The translations under genes were made by a program, and so were the position numbers. Below the pieces are notes generated by a model. The model was given only the letters and a program-made list of their open reading frames with translations, made no database searches and was not told the DNA's origin. From NCBI RefSeq assembly GCF_051903065.1, contig NZ_CP178438.1: a DNA stretch of 64,000 nt. One strand, written 5' to 3'. Below, one piece after another: positions 1 to 12,484 of the stretch. The first letter of the stretch is position 1. Each line of letters begins with the position of its first letter. Origin of the DNA: Escherichia coli (lineage in GTDB: Bacteria > Pseudomonadota > Gammaproteobacteria > Enterobacterales > Enterobacteriaceae).

Positions 1-697
1 CAAATAACGCTTTTGCGGCCCCCTGCTCGACTATCCGCCCCTGGTCCATAAAAATCGCCCGGTCCGCAACATCCCGGGCAAAGCTCATTTCGTGTGTCAC
101 AATCACCATCGTGCGCTTTTCCTGCGCCAGCTGACGGATGGTGTTCAGGACTTCGCCCACCAGCTCTGGATCCAGCGCTGACGTTGGCTCGTCAAACAAA
201 ATCACCTCAGGACGCATTGCCAGCGCACGCGCAATCGCAACACGCTGCTGTTGACCGCCAGACAAACGACGTGGATAGCTGGTTTCTTTACCTGCCAGCC
301 CAACTTTTGCCAGCAGCTCGCGAGCGCGCGCCGTGGCCTCTTCTTTCGGTTCGCCTTTGACGATCACCGGCCCTTCAATAATGTTTTCCAGCACCGTACG
401 ATGCGGAAACAAATTAAAGTTCTGGAAGACAAACCCGACGTGCTGACGCAACTGGCGAATCAGCGATTTTTGCTGACTTAATGAACGTGCAGTATCAATA
501 GTGATATCGCCAACGGTGATCGTTCCCGCTTCGGGTTGTTCCAGCAGATTTATGCTGCGTAGCAACGTGGTTTTGCCGGAACCACTCGGACCGATAATTG
601 CCACCACTTCGCCAGGCTTTACCTCGAGGTCGATACCGTGCAGCACCGTCTGACCGTGAAATTTTTTCACCAGGTTCTTAACTTCAATGGCACTCAT
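1..697 (-). CDS. tcyN: Cystine ABC transporter ATP-binding protein, C-terminus beyond window start
   Basis: Minus-strand reading frame open to the window edge; ATG at 697 overlaps the upstream gene's TGA stop (ATGA); translation shows Walker [10 protein letters not shown] and ABC signature LSGGQQQR; synteny with yecS. Confidence 0.8.
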   Translation of the reverse strand, partial: MSAIEVKNLVKKFHGQTVLHGIDLEVKPGEVVAIIGPSGSGKTTLLRSINLLEQPEAGTITVGDITIDTARSLSQQKSLIRQLRQHVGFVFQNFNLFPHRTVLENIIEGPVIVKGEPKEEATARARELLAKVGLAGKETSYPRRLSGGQQQRVAIARALAMRPEVILFDEPTSALDPELVGEVLNTIRQLAQEKRTMVIVTHEMSFARDVADRAIFMDQGRIVEQGAAKALF

Positions 698-1362
698 TTT
701 GGTTCTCTCTCCTGGCGATTAAGTTGATTCTCAAAATGGTTCTGCAACGTCGATAATACTGTCGCCATGATCCAGTAGATGAGCGAAGCCGCCAGGTACA
801 TGGTGAACACCTCCAGCGTGCGCGAGGTAATCAACTGCGCCTGACGGAACAGCTCCGGCACCTGGATTGTCGCGGCCAGCGACGTATCTTTTACCAGACT
901 GATAAAGCTGTTCGACAGCGGCGGCAACGCCACACGCGCCGCCTGTGGCAAAATCGCGCGACGCATAGTCTGCCATGGCGTCATACCAATACTGGCAGCT
1001 GCTTCCCACTGGCCTTTATCAATAGAAGAAATGGCGGCGCGAAGCGTTTCGGCAGCATAGGCGGCAGTGTTGAGCGACAGACCAATCATTGCTGACGGAA
1101 TGGGATCTAATTCGATACCAAACTGCGGCAGGCCGTAATAGATCATAAAAAGTTGTGCGATGAGCGGCGTACCACGAAAAATAGAGATATAAAAACGCGC
1201 CAGCCAGCGCACGGGCCAGATTGGCGACAGGCGCATCAGCGCGAGAATAAACCCGAGCAGTAAGCCAAAAAACATGCCGCCGATACTGAGTTGCAGCGTA
1301 TACCCAGCCCCTTTCAGCAGGAACGGCAAGGAATCAATAACCAGTTGTATACTTTCTTGCAT
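694..1362 (-). CDS. tcyL: Cystine ABC transporter permease
   Basis: 222-aa ORF with hydrophobic polar-amino-acid permease features; position between dcyD and tcyN. Confidence 0.85.
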
Positions 1363-1376
1363 GAGCGTTCCCGGAG

Positions 1377-3268
<1,892 letters not shown>

Positions 3269-3355
3269 ATTCACCCCGAATGTTGTTATGTCTGTTTGCA
3301 GTGTAGAGCCATTGTTTGTAAACACAAAAACAACTCCGCTACATCTTATTCTTAT

Positions 3356-3907
3356 TTAATATATATCAGAAGCAGGCAGGCTGGAGGATTTCTGCACAAG
3401 TCCGGTACAGGTTTGGCGCTGATAGTGTTGATACTTCCGTAATGCGATGCGGTAATTGTTGGTGCTGGTGGTGGGCAGCCACGGGGCGAGGATTTCATCA
3501 AGGAAACCGTCCTGCAGCTGATCGAGGGAAATATTTTGCTCGTGTAGATGATTCCCCAAACGGCGCAGACGAACGACATATTCACGCACCGTACCAGGGC
3601 TCATTTCAGTTTGCTCAAAAAGAAATTGCTTAAAGCCGATAATATCGAAAAAATCACTCTGCGTTTTGCAATGTAAATCACCGCAAAATCGGCACAATGC
3701 CGCCCATGATTTTTGTTCCGTTTGCCAGCCATTTTCATCAAGCAGCGTGTCCAGGCGGGAAATCTCGATTTTATTCACTATTTTGCCGTCGCGAACTAAG
3801 GTAATGCGATCGAGTAATTTACGGCAATGCGCGCAATGGGTCTGGCTGTGTTTAAAGTCTTTAAGATAGCGGCTTAATGGCCGTCTTTTCAGGTGCTGCA
3901 CCATCAT
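3356..3907 (-). CDS. fliZ: Flagellar regulatory protein FliZ
   Basis: ORF 3356..3943 trimmed to 183 aa (MMVQHLKRRPL...); immediately downstream of fliA on the same strand. Confidence 0.85.
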   Translation of the reverse strand: MMVQHLKRRPLSRYLKDFKHSQTHCAHCRKLLDRITLVRDGKIVNKIEISRLDTLLDENGWQTEQKSWAALCRFCGDLHCKTQSDFFDIIGFKQFLFEQTEMSPGTVREYVVRLRRLGNHLHEQNISLDQLQDGFLDEILAPWLPTTSTNNYRIALRKYQHYQRQTCTGLVQKSSSLPASDIY

Positions 3908-3952
3908 TAAGAACTCCTGGTAGTCAAAGTTAAAGTGCGGCATTTACTGACG

Positions 3953-4672
3953 TTATAACTTACCCAGTTTAGTGCGTAACCGTTTAATGGCCTGGCTGTG
4001 TAACTGACTGACCCGCGATTCCCCGACCTCCAGCACCGCGCCAATCTCTTTGAGATTCAGCTCTTCCTGGTAATAGAGGGTTAATACCAGTTTTTCGCGC
4101 TCCGGCAACGTTTCGATAGCTTCCATCACCCGCTGGCGCAGATTACTGTCCAGCAGTTGTTGTAGCGGGTTTTCTCGCTGATGATCATCAGTAACCAGTT
4201 CAATGCTATCGCCGTGCTCTTCGCGCCACTCATCGTAGGAGAAGAGCTGGCTGTTATTGGTGTCGAGCAACATTTGGCGATAGTCGGCAATATCGATCCC
4301 TAAACGTTCCGCTACCTCAGTTTCCGTGGCGTTGCGGCCAAGTTCCTGCTCCAGTTGCCCTATTGCCTGTGCCACTTCACGCGCGTTGCGTCGCACGCTG
4401 CGCGGCACCCAGTCACGGCTGCGAAGTTCATCCAGCATAGCGCCACGGATACGCTGCACTGCGTAAGTTGTAAATGCCGTTCCTTGTAGGGCGTCATAGC
4501 GTTCGACGGCATTAAGTAACCCAATGCCGCCCGCCTGTAGCAGATCGTCAAGTTCCACGCTCGCGGGCAGTCGAACCTGCAGGCGCAATGCTTCGTGACG
4601 CACCAGCGGGACATAACGCTGCCACAGCGAGTGTTTATCCATTACACCTTCAGCGGTATAGAGTGAATTCAC
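3953..4672 (-). CDS. fliA: RNA polymerase sigma-28 factor for flagellar operons
   Basis: 239-aa ORF with sigma-70 family regions 2 and 4; canonical position next to fliC. Confidence 0.95.
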   Translation of the reverse strand: MNSLYTAEGVMDKHSLWQRYVPLVRHEALRLQVRLPASVELDDLLQAGGIGLLNAVERYDALQGTAFTTYAVQRIRGAMLDELRSRDWVPRSVRRNAREVAQAIGQLEQELGRNATETEVAERLGIDIADYRQMLLDTNNSQLFSYDEWREEHGDSIELVTDDHQRENPLQQLLDSNLRQRVMEAIETLPEREKLVLTLYYQEELNLKEIGAVLEVGESRVSQLHSQAIKRLRTKLGKL

Positions 4673-4794
4673 GATAAACAGCCCTGCGTTATATGAGTTA
4701 TCGGCATGATTATCCGTTTCTGCAGGGTTTTTAATCGGACGATTAGTGGGTGAAATGAGGGGTTATTTGGGGGTTACCGGTAAATTGCGGACAG

Positions 4795-4817
4795 AAAAAA
4801 CCCCGCCGGCGGCGGGG
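4795..4817 (-). terminator. Rho-independent terminator downstream of fliC
   Basis: Minus-strand GC-rich hairpin CCCCGCCGCCGGCGGGG followed by a T-run, about 175 nt past the fliC stop. Confidence 0.55.
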
Positions 4818-4849
4818 AAGCACGTTGCTGACAAATTACCATTCATGTT

Positions 4850-4958
<109 letters not shown>

Positions 4959-4991
4959 TGCCGTCAGTCTCAGTTAATCAGGTTACGACGA

Positions 4992-6290
4992 TTAACCCTG
5001 CAGCAGAGACAGAACCTGCTGAGGAACCTGGTTAGCTTTGGACAGCACGGAGTTACCGGCCTGCTGAACGATCTGCGCTTTAGACATATTTGACACTTCG
5101 GTCGCATAGTCGGCATCCTGAATACGGGACTGCGCTTCAGACAGGTTAGTGGTGGTGTTATTCAGGTTGGTTACAGCAGAGCTCAGACGATTCTGTACCG
5201 CACCCAGAGAAGAACGGAATTTATCAACAGAAGCGATAGCTTTGTCCAATAGTGCCAGTGGGTTCTGAGTTGCAGTACCTTTCAGCTCAGTAGTTGCACC
5301 AGTACCGCTCAGTTGCAGAGTACCGGTATCAACAGCTGTAGTTGGAGCTGCAACACCGCTGTTCGCCAGAACGTCAACACCGGTCGCACCAGCCTGATAG
5401 TTTTTACCCTGAATGGTTACGTAACCAACAGCTGCACCGTTGGCGTCAGAAGTTACTTTGATCAGCTGACCGTTCTGAGTCGCTCCAGTAACACCATTAG
5501 TAGCGTCATCATAGGTGACGTCAGTGGTGTTCAGGTTAACTGCACCAGAGGCCGCGTTTACAGACACAGCATAGTTGTCGCTGCCAGAAGAAACAACGAA
5601 GGTACCAGTACCGTCACCAGCAGAGTCCTGAACTTCGTGCAGGCTCAGGGTGCTTGCATTCACGCCCAGTTTAGTTGCTACTGCGCTCAGGTCCACGTTC
5701 TTCGATGCAGCAGTAGTATTGCCGATCGTAGTGATAGAATCGCTCAGTTTCAGGGAGTTCTGAGAAACAGAGAAGCCGCTCAGACCCAGAGTAGAAGAGT
5801 CTATTTTCTGCAGGTCGATAGAGATAGTCTGGCCATCGTTCGCGCCAACCTGAATTGCCATAGAACCGTTTTTAGCCAGTACGTTCACGCCGTTAAACTG
5901 GGTCTGACCAGAGACGCGGTCAATTTCATCCAGACGAGATTTAATTTCATCCTGAATAGAAGAGAGATCGGAATCAGAGTTGGTACCAGTGGTGGCCTGC
6001 ACGGTCAACTCACGCACACGCTGCAAGTTGTTGTTAATCTCTGACAGCGCGCCTTCTGCTGTCTGTGCTAGAGAAATACCGTCATTGGCGTTACGTGCAG
6101 CCTGAGTCAGACCTTTGATGTTAGAAGTGAAGCGGTTAGCAATCGCCTGGCCCGCAGCGTCATCTTTAGCGCTGTTAATGCGCAGACCAGAAGAGAGGCG
6201 CTCGATAGAAGTCGACAGCGCAGACTGGTTTTTGTTGATGTTGTTCTGAGTGATCAGCGAGAGGCTGTTGGTATTAATGACTTGTGCCAT
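4992..6290 (-). CDS. fliC: Flagellin (432 aa; conserved N- and C-terminal D0/D1 domains, variable central domain)
   Basis: N-terminus [54 protein letters not shown] and C-terminus ...[11 protein letters not shown] are canonical flagellin; the central part is Thr/Ser/Gly/Ala/Asn-rich. Confidence 0.95.
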   Translation of the reverse strand: MAQVINTNSLSLITQNNINKNQSALSTSIERLSSGLRINSAKDDAAGQAIANRFTSNIKGLTQAARNANDGISLAQTAEGALSEINNNLQRVRELTVQATTGTNSDSDLSSIQDEIKSRLDEIDRVSGQTQFNGVNVLAKNGSMAIQVGANDGQTISIDLQKIDSSTLGLSGFSVSQNSLKLSDSITTIGNTTAASKNVDLSAVATKLGVNASTLSLHEVQDSAGDGTGTFVVSSGSDNYAVSVNAASGAVNLNTTDVTYDDATNGVTGATQNGQLIKVTSDANGAAVGYVTIQGKNYQAGATGVDVLANSGVAAPTTAVDTGTLQLSGTGATTELKGTATQNPLALLDKAIASVDKFRSSLGAVQNRLSSAVTNLNNTTTNLSEAQSRIQDADYATEVSNMSKAQIVQQAGNSVLSKANQVPQQVLSLLQG

Positions 6291-6366
6291 GATTCATTTT
6301 CCTGTTTTCAAGTCTACGGTTTAAGTATTGGGCTTCCACCCTTCGGCTTCGTCGCCGTCAACCCTG

Positions 6367-6393
6367 TTATCGTCTGGTCACTCACAACCTTTA
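6367..6393 (-). promoter_or_regulatory. Sigma-28 (class 3) promoter of fliC
   Basis: Minus-strand TAAAGGTT, 11-nt spacer, GACGATAA, about 75 nt upstream of the fliC ATG; matches the TAAAGTTT-N11-GCCGATAA consensus with few mismatches. Confidence 0.55.
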
Positions 6394-6466
6394 GAATTTT
6401 TTTCTAGCGGTCGAAATACTCCCCTTCCTCGTTGCTGTTCGTGTCATTAAGCCAAAAAATAAATCG

Positions 6467-6493
6467 TAAACTTTGCCCCGCTTACGCCGATAA
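6467..6493 (+). promoter_or_regulatory. Sigma-28 (class 3) promoter of fliDST
   Basis: TAAACTTT, 11-nt spacer, GCCGATAA, about 40 nt upstream of the fliD ATG; near-perfect consensus. Confidence 0.65.
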
Positions 6494-6535
6494 CCCCGGT
6501 ATTCGTTCTATACGTCGCATGATTAAGGAATCTAT

Positions 6536-7951
6536 ATGGCTAGTATTTCAACGCTTGGGGTTGGGTCGGGGCTGGACTTAAGCAGCATCCTTGACAGTCT
6601 GGAGGCGGCAGAAAAATCTACCCTGACGCCGATATCAAAACAGCAAAGCTCTTATACCGCGAAACTGAGCGCCTACGGGACGCTGAAAAGCGCACTAGAG
6701 AGCTTCCAGACAGCCAACACAGCACTGAATAAAGCCGATTTATTTACCGCCACCTCAACCACCAGCAGTTCATCGGCTTTCAGCGCCACCACCACGGGCA
6801 GCGCGATTGCCGGGAAATACACCATTAGCGTTAGCCAACTGGCGCAGGCACAAACGCTGACCACAAAAATTAGTCAAAAAGACAGTAAAGCTGCCATCGC
6901 AACCAGCGATAGCGTACTGACCATCCAGCAAGGCGGCGGTAAAGATCCGGTCACGATTGATATCAGCGCGGCTAACTCGTCACTTTCCGGCATTCGCGAT
7001 GCCATTAACAACGCCAAAGCTGGTGTCAGCGCCAGTATCATCAATGTGGGAAACGGCGAATATCGTCTGTCCATCACCGCTAACGATACGGGCAACGATA
7101 ACGCTATGAAACTTAGCGTCAGCGGCGACAGCGCCCTGGAAAGTTTTATGGGTTACAACGGAACGTCGGGTGATAGCAGCAATGGCATGATTGAAAGCGT
7201 CACCGCGCAAAACGCCAAACTGACAGTCAATAACGTTGAGATTGAAAACAGCAGTAACACTATCAGCGACGCGCTGGAAGATATCACACTCAACCTGAAT
7301 GACGTCACCACCGGTAATCAGACACTGACCATCAGTAAAGACACATCCAAAGCTGAAAATGCAGTCAAAGCATGGGTGGATGCCTATAACACATTGCAGG
7401 ATACATTCAGTAGCTTAACCAAATACACCGCTGTCGATGCCGGAGCAGAAAGTCAGGACTCCAGTAATGGAGCATTACTTGGTGACTCCACACTGCGTAC
7501 CATCCAGACACAGCTTAAAACCTTGCTCGCCAATACTCACAGCAGTTCAAACTATAAAACGCTGGCACAGATTGGCATTACCAGCGATGCCAGTACCGGC
7601 AAGCTGGAAATCGCGACCGACAAACTGCAAACGGCACTAAAAAAAGATGCCGCAGGCATCGGTGAAATGTTTATAGGTGACGGTAAAAGTACAGGGGTAA
7701 CTACCGGCATTAGTAGCAACCTGACCAGTTGGCTCTCTTCCACCGGGATAATCCAGGCCGCAAAAGATGGCGTCAGCAAAACGCTGAATAATTTGACCGA
7801 CCAGTACAACGCAGCCAGTGAGCGTATCGATACCTTAATGACGCGCTATAAAGCCCAGTTCACCCAATTAGATGTGTTAATGAACTCGCTTAACTCCACC
7901 AGTAGCTATCTGACACAGCAGTTCGACACCTCAAATAGCAACTCGAAATAA
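6536..7951 (+). CDS. fliD: Flagellar filament capping protein (hook-associated protein 2)
   Basis: 471-aa ORF, divergent from fliC, followed by fliS and fliT. Confidence 0.9.
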   Translation: MASISTLGVGSGLDLSSILDSLEAAEKSTLTPISKQQSSYTAKLSAYGTLKSALESFQTANTALNKADLFTATSTTSSSSAFSATTTGSAIAGKYTISVSQLAQAQTLTTKISQKDSKAAIATSDSVLTIQQGGGKDPVTIDISAANSSLSGIRDAINNAKAGVSASIINVGNGEYRLSITANDTGNDNAMKLSVSGDSALESFMGYNGTSGDSSNGMIESVTAQNAKLTVNNVEIENSSNTISDALEDITLNLNDVTTGNQTLTISKDTSKAENAVKAWVDAYNTLQDTFSSLTKYTAVDAGAESQDSSNGALLGDSTLRTIQTQLKTLLANTHSSSNYKTLAQIGITSDASTGKLEIATDKLQTALKKDAAGIGEMFIGDGKSTGVTTGISSNLTSWLSSTGIIQAAKDGVSKTLNNLTDQYNAASERIDTLMTRYKAQFTQLDVLMNSLNSTSSYLTQQFDTSNSNSK

Positions 7952-7966
7952 TCTTCAGGAGAAACT

Positions 7967-8377
7967 ATGTACGCGGCAAAAGGCACCCAGGCCTATGCAC
8001 AAATTGGCGTCGAAAGCGCCGTAATGAGCGCCAGCCAGCAACAGCTGGTCACCATGCTATTTGATGGAGTGCTGAGCGCACTGGTTAGGGCGCGCCTGTT
8101 TATGCAGGACAACAATCAGCAAGGCAAAGGCGTCTCTTTGTCAAAAGCGATCAACATCATTGAGAACGGGCTGCGGGTGAGTCTTGATGAAGAGAGCAAA
8201 GACGAACTAACCCAAAACTTGATTGCTCTTTATAGCTATATGGTCAGGCGCTTGCTGCAAGCCAATTTACGCAACGATGTCTCCGCAGTCGAAGAGGTGG
8301 AAGCATTAATGCGTAATATTGCCGATGCCTGGAAAGAGTCTTTACTCTCCCCTTCTTTGATTCAGGACCCAGTCTGA
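7967..8377 (+). CDS. fliS: Flagellin-specific export chaperone
   Basis: 136-aa ORF; operon position. Confidence 0.9.
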   Translation: MYAAKGTQAYAQIGVESAVMSASQQQLVTMLFDGVLSALVRARLFMQDNNQQGKGVSLSKAINIIENGLRVSLDEESKDELTQNLIALYSYMVRRLLQANLRNDVSAVEEVEALMRNIADAWKESLLSPSLIQDPV

Positions 8378-8742
8378 TGAACAATGCACCGCATTTGTAT
8401 TTCGCCTGGCAACAACTCGTCGAAAAAAGCCAGCTCATGTTACGCCTGGCAACAGAAGAACAGTGGGACGAACTCATCGCCAGCGAAATGGCGTATGTGA
8501 ATGCGGTGCAGGAGATTGCACACCTGACTGAAGAGGTTGAGCCGTCCACCACGATGCAGGAGCAGCTCCGCCCGATGCTGCGCCTGATTCTCGACAACGA
8601 AAGCAAGGTAAAGCAGTTATTACAGATTCGGATGGATGAACTGGCGAAACTGGTCGGTCAGTCATCGGTGCAAAAATCGGTGTTAAGTGCCTATGGCGAT
8701 CAGGGCGGCTTTGTGCTGGCTCCGCAGGATAACCTCTTTTGA
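8377..8742 (+). CDS. fliT: FliD-specific chaperone / FlhDC anti-activator
   Basis: 121-aa ORF whose start overlaps the fliS stop (ATGA). Confidence 0.85.
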   Translation: MNNAPHLYFAWQQLVEKSQLMLRLATEEQWDELIASEMAYVNAVQEIAHLTEEVEPSTTMQEQLRPMLRLILDNESKVKQLLQIRMDELAKLVGQSSVQKSVLSAYGDQGGFVLAPQDNLF

Positions 8743-8819
8743 ATCTTAAAGAGCCAATGGCTCGCGAATAATCCGATTACGGCTACGCTTCTAATGTTCC
8801 CCTTGAATGGAGTCGAAGA

Positions 8820-10307
8820 ATGCGTAATCCCACGCTGTTACAATGTTTTCACTGGTATTACCCGGAAGGCGGTAAGCTCTGGCCTGAACTGGCCGAGCGC
8901 GCCGACGGTTTTAATGATATTGGTATCAATATGGTCTGGTTGCCGCCCGCCTATAAAGGCGCATCGGGCGGGTATTCGGTCGGCTACGACTCCTATGATT
9001 TATTTGATTTAGGTGAGTTTGATCAGAAAGGCAGCATCCCTACTAAATATGGCGATAAAGCACAACTGCTGGCCGCCATTGACGCTCTGAAACGTAATGA
9101 CATTGCGGTGCTGTTGGACGTGGTAGTCAACCACAAAATGGGCGCGGATGAAAAAGAAGCTATTCGCGTGCAGCGTGTAAATGCTGACGACCGTACGCAA
9201 ATTGATGAAGAAATCATTGAGTGCGAAGGCTGGACGCGTTACACCTTCCCCGCCCGTGCCGGGCAATACTCGCAGTTTATCTGGGATTTCAAATGTTTTA
9301 GCGGTATCGACGATATCGAAAACCCTGATGAAGATGGCATTTTTAAAATTGTTAACGACTACACCGGCGAAGGCTGGAACGATCAGGTTGATGATGAACT
9401 CGGTAATTTCGATTATCTGATGGGTGAGAATATCGATTTCCGCAATCATGCCGTGACGGAAGAGATTAAATACTGGGCGCGCTGGGTGATGGAACAAACA
9501 CAATGCGACGGTTTTCGTCTTGATGCGGTCAAACATATTCCGGCGTGGTTTTATAAAGAGTGGATCGAACACGTACAGGAAGTTGCGCCAAAGCCGCTGT
9601 TTATTGTGGCAGAGTACTGGTCGCATGAAGTCGATAAACTGCAAACGTATATTGATCAGGTGGAAGGCAAAACCATGCTGTTTGATGCGCCGCTGCAGAT
9701 GAAATTCCATGAAGCATCGCGCATGGGGCGCGACTACGACATGACGCAGATTTTCACGGGTACATTAGTGGAAGCCGATCCTTTCCATGCCGTGACCCTC
9801 GTTGCCAACCACGACACCCAACCGTTGCAAGCCCTCGAAGCACCGGTCGAACCGTGGTTTAAACCGCTGGCGTATGCTCTAATTTTGTTGCGGGAAAATG
9901 GCGTTCCTTCGGTATTCTATCCGGACCTCTACGGTGCGCATTACGAAGATGTCGGTGGTGACGGGCAAACCTATCCGATAGATATGCCAATAATCGAACA
10001 GCTTGATGAGTTAATTCTCGCCCGTCAGCGTTTCGCCCACGGTGTACAGACGTTATTTTTCGACCATCCGAACTGCATTGCCTTTAGCCGCAGTGGCACC
10101 GACGAATATCCCGGCTGCGTGGTGGTCATGTCGAACGGGGATGATGGCGAAAAAACCATTCATCTGGGAGAGAATTACGGCAATAAAACCTGGCGTGATT
10201 TTCTGGGGAACCGGCAAGAGAGCGTAGTGACCGACGAAAACGGCGAAGCAACCTTCTTTTGCAACGGCGGCAGCGTAAGCGTGTGGGTTATCGAAGAGGT
10301 GATTTAA
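8820..10307 (+). CDS. amyA: Cytoplasmic alpha-amylase (GH13)
   Basis: 495-aa ORF with GH13 motifs ([18 protein letters not shown]). Confidence 0.9.
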   Translation: MRNPTLLQCFHWYYPEGGKLWPELAERADGFNDIGINMVWLPPAYKGASGGYSVGYDSYDLFDLGEFDQKGSIPTKYGDKAQLLAAIDALKRNDIAVLLDVVVNHKMGADEKEAIRVQRVNADDRTQIDEEIIECEGWTRYTFPARAGQYSQFIWDFKCFSGIDDIENPDEDGIFKIVNDYTGEGWNDQVDDELGNFDYLMGENIDFRNHAVTEEIKYWARWVMEQTQCDGFRLDAVKHIPAWFYKEWIEHVQEVAPKPLFIVAEYWSHEVDKLQTYIDQVEGKTMLFDAPLQMKFHEASRMGRDYDMTQIFTGTLVEADPFHAVTLVANHDTQPLQALEAPVEPWFKPLAYALILLRENGVPSVFYPDLYGAHYEDVGGDGQTYPIDMPIIEQLDELILARQRFAHGVQTLFFDHPNCIAFSRSGTDEYPGCVVVMSNGDDGEKTIHLGENYGNKTWRDFLGNRQESVVTDENGEATFFCNGGSVSVWVIEEVI

Positions 10308-10312
10308 ATTCA

Positions 10313-10333
10313 TCCCCGGCGGCAAGCCGGGGA
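10313..10333. terminator. Putative bidirectional terminator hairpin between convergent amyA and yedD
   Basis: Inverted repeat TCCCCGGC GGCAA GCCGGGGA seen directly; flanking T-runs are weak. Confidence 0.4.
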
Positions 10334-10340
10334 GATTTCA

Positions 10341-10754
10341 TTACGGCAATGGCGTCGGTAACGGCGCTTTATCCAGCGCGGCGGCACACTCTGCTGTCGG
10401 GCGATCCACACGCTCCATCGTCATACCATCGTACTCAATGGTGTTACCGTCACGCTCAACCTCGTACAGCTCACGTTTTACGGTAACGTTAGTGAGATCA
10501 TCAGACATCAATGTCAACTTACCCGGCACGGCAATCACCCGCTGCCACTGACGGCAATCCAGGGTATCGCCCTCTTTAGTGACAATCAGGCTGCCTATCG
10601 CTTCCGGGCTGACCAGCGCACGTTGCGGCCCTTTGGTCTGCCAGTAGCCCGCCAGCCAGTCCGGCGCGGGGGTTTTCACGACATTGTTATAGTTTTCGAC
10701 TTCGGCACAGCCCGCCAGCAACATGAGCGCGCCTGCAATTGCGAGTTTTTTCAT
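10341..10754 (-). CDS. yedD: Lipoprotein YedD
   Basis: ORF trimmed to MKKLAIAGALMLLAGC, a lipobox signal peptide; 137 aa. Confidence 0.75.
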   Translation of the reverse strand: MKKLAIAGALMLLAGCAEVENYNNVVKTPAPDWLAGYWQTKGPQRALVSPEAIGSLIVTKEGDTLDCRQWQRVIAVPGKLTLMSDDLTNVTVKRELYEVERDGNTIEYDGMTMERVDRPTAECAAALDKAPLPTPLP

Positions 10755-10940
10755 CATTCGTCCTGCATGAGAAGAAAAGAGGATTGTGGCATTAAAGCCC
10801 TGATGTCGCCAGCCTTTCAAGGTTCAGAGAGAAATTTGATCTAACTATTATTTTTGTGAATTATTACCCCGAAAATAAATTTGCATGGTGTATGATTCGC
10901 GACTCTTGTTTCAAACCTTCTGAGTTCAGAGGCTACATTC

Positions 10941-12146
10941 ATGTCATGGCAGCAATTCAAACACGCCTGGTTGATTAAATTCTGGGCCCCCATCCCTGCG
11001 GTCATCGCGGCGGGTATTCTCTCTACTTACTATTTTGGCATTACTGGCACCTTTTGGGCTGTCACGGGTGAATTTACCCGTTGGGGCGGTCAGCTCCTGC
11101 AGCTGTTTGGCGTCCATGCTGAAGAGTGGGGTTATTTTAAAATTATCCATCTGGAAGGATCGCCATTAACCCGCATCGACGGGATGATGATCCTCGGTAT
11201 GTTTGGCGGCTGCTTTGCCGCAGCGCTGTGGGCCAACAATGTCAAACTACGCATGCCGCGTAGCCGTATCCGCATTATGCAGGCCATCATTGGCGGCATT
11301 ATCGCCGGTTTTGGCGCGCGTCTGGCAATGGGCTGTAACCTGGCGGCATTCTTTACCGGTATTCCTCAGTTCTCGCTGCATGCCTGGTTCTTTGCCATCG
11401 CCACTGCCATTGGTTCATGGTTTGGCGCGCGCTTTACCCTGCTGCCCATCTTCCGTATTCCCGTGAAAATGCAGAAAGTTTCTGCCGCCTCACCGCTGAC
11501 GCAAAAACCGGATCAGGCGCGGCGTCGTTTTCGTCTCGGGATGCTGGTCTTTTTCGGCATGCTGGGCTGGGCGCTGCTCACGGCGATGAACCAACCAAAA
11601 CTGGGGCTGGCAATGCTGTTTGGCGTCGGCTTTGGTTTACTGATTGAACGTGCGCAAATCTGCTTTACTTCGGCGTTCCGCGATATGTGGATCACCGGAC
11701 GTACCCATATGGCGAAAGCAATCATTATTGGTATGGCGGTGAGTGCCATCGGGATCTTCAGTTACGTACAGTTAGGCGTTGAACCCAAAATCATGTGGGC
11801 GGGACCAAACGCGGTAATTGGTGGTTTACTGTTTGGTTTTGGCATCGTGCTGGCTGGCGGCTGCGAAACCGGCTGGATGTACCGCGCGGTAGAAGGCCAG
11901 GTGCACTACTGGTGGGTCGGTCTGGGCAATGTGATCGGCTCAACGATTCTGGCGTATTACTGGGATGATTTCGCTCCGGCGCTGGCCACCGACTGGGACA
12001 AAATCAACCTGCTGAAAACCTTTGGTCCGATGGGTGGCCTGCTGGTGACATATTTGCTGTTGTTTGCTGCGCTGATGTTGATTATCGGCTGGGAAAAACG
12101 CTTCTTCCGCCGTGCGGCACCGCAGACTGCTAAGGAGATCGCATGA
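10941..12146 (+). CDS. yedE: YedE/YeeE-family inner-membrane transporter (selenium/thiosulfate-related)
   Basis: 401-aa polytopic membrane ORF; stop overlaps the yedF start. Confidence 0.8.
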   Translation: MSWQQFKHAWLIKFWAPIPAVIAAGILSTYYFGITGTFWAVTGEFTRWGGQLLQLFGVHAEEWGYFKIIHLEGSPLTRIDGMMILGMFGGCFAAALWANNVKLRMPRSRIRIMQAIIGGIIAGFGARLAMGCNLAAFFTGIPQFSLHAWFFAIATAIGSWFGARFTLLPIFRIPVKMQKVSAASPLTQKPDQARRRFRLGMLVFFGMLGWALLTAMNQPKLGLAMLFGVGFGLLIERAQICFTSAFRDMWITGRTHMAKAIIIGMAVSAIGIFSYVQLGVEPKIMWAGPNAVIGGLLFGFGIVLAGGCETGWMYRAVEGQVHYWWVGLGNVIGSTILAYYWDDFAPALATDWDKINLLKTFGPMGGLLVTYLLLFAALMLIIGWEKRFFRRAAPQTAKEIA

Positions 12147-12376
12147 AAAATATCGTTCCTGATTACCGTCTTGATATGGTGGGTGAACCCTGCCCTTATC
12201 CGGCAGTCGCAACTCTTGAGGCGATGCCGCAGTTAAAAAAAGGGGAAATCCTGGAAGTGGTGAGCGACTGTCCGCAGTCGATCAATAATATACCACTGGA
12301 TGCGCGTAATCACGGCTATACGGTGCTGGATATTCAGCAAGACGGGCCGACCATTCGTTATTTAATTCAGAAGTAA
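12143..12376 (+). CDS. yedF: TusA-like sulfurtransferase-fold protein
   Basis: 77-aa ORF with the CPxP motif (EPCPYP); translationally coupled to yedE. Confidence 0.8.
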   Translation: MKNIVPDYRLDMVGEPCPYPAVATLEAMPQLKKGEILEVVSDCPQSINNIPLDARNHGYTVLDIQQDGPTIRYLIQK

Positions 12377-12484
12377 TCCCTCATTCCCGCTGTGGCCCAC
12401 AGCGGGAATATCGTTGCCTCTGTACCACATAGATTTTACCCGCCCCCTCTCCTATTCTTTTCAGTGTGCTCTCAGGAGGTTTCT

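Noticed and set aside
5313-6044. 243-aa plus-strand ORF inside fliC
   Set aside because: Antisense to the flagellin gene; produced by the low stop-codon frequency of the repetitive fliC sequence.
8745-8775. Short inverted repeat GAGCCAATGGCTC downstream of fliT as a terminator
   Set aside because: The stem is short and is not followed by a T-run, so it is not convincing as an intrinsic terminator.
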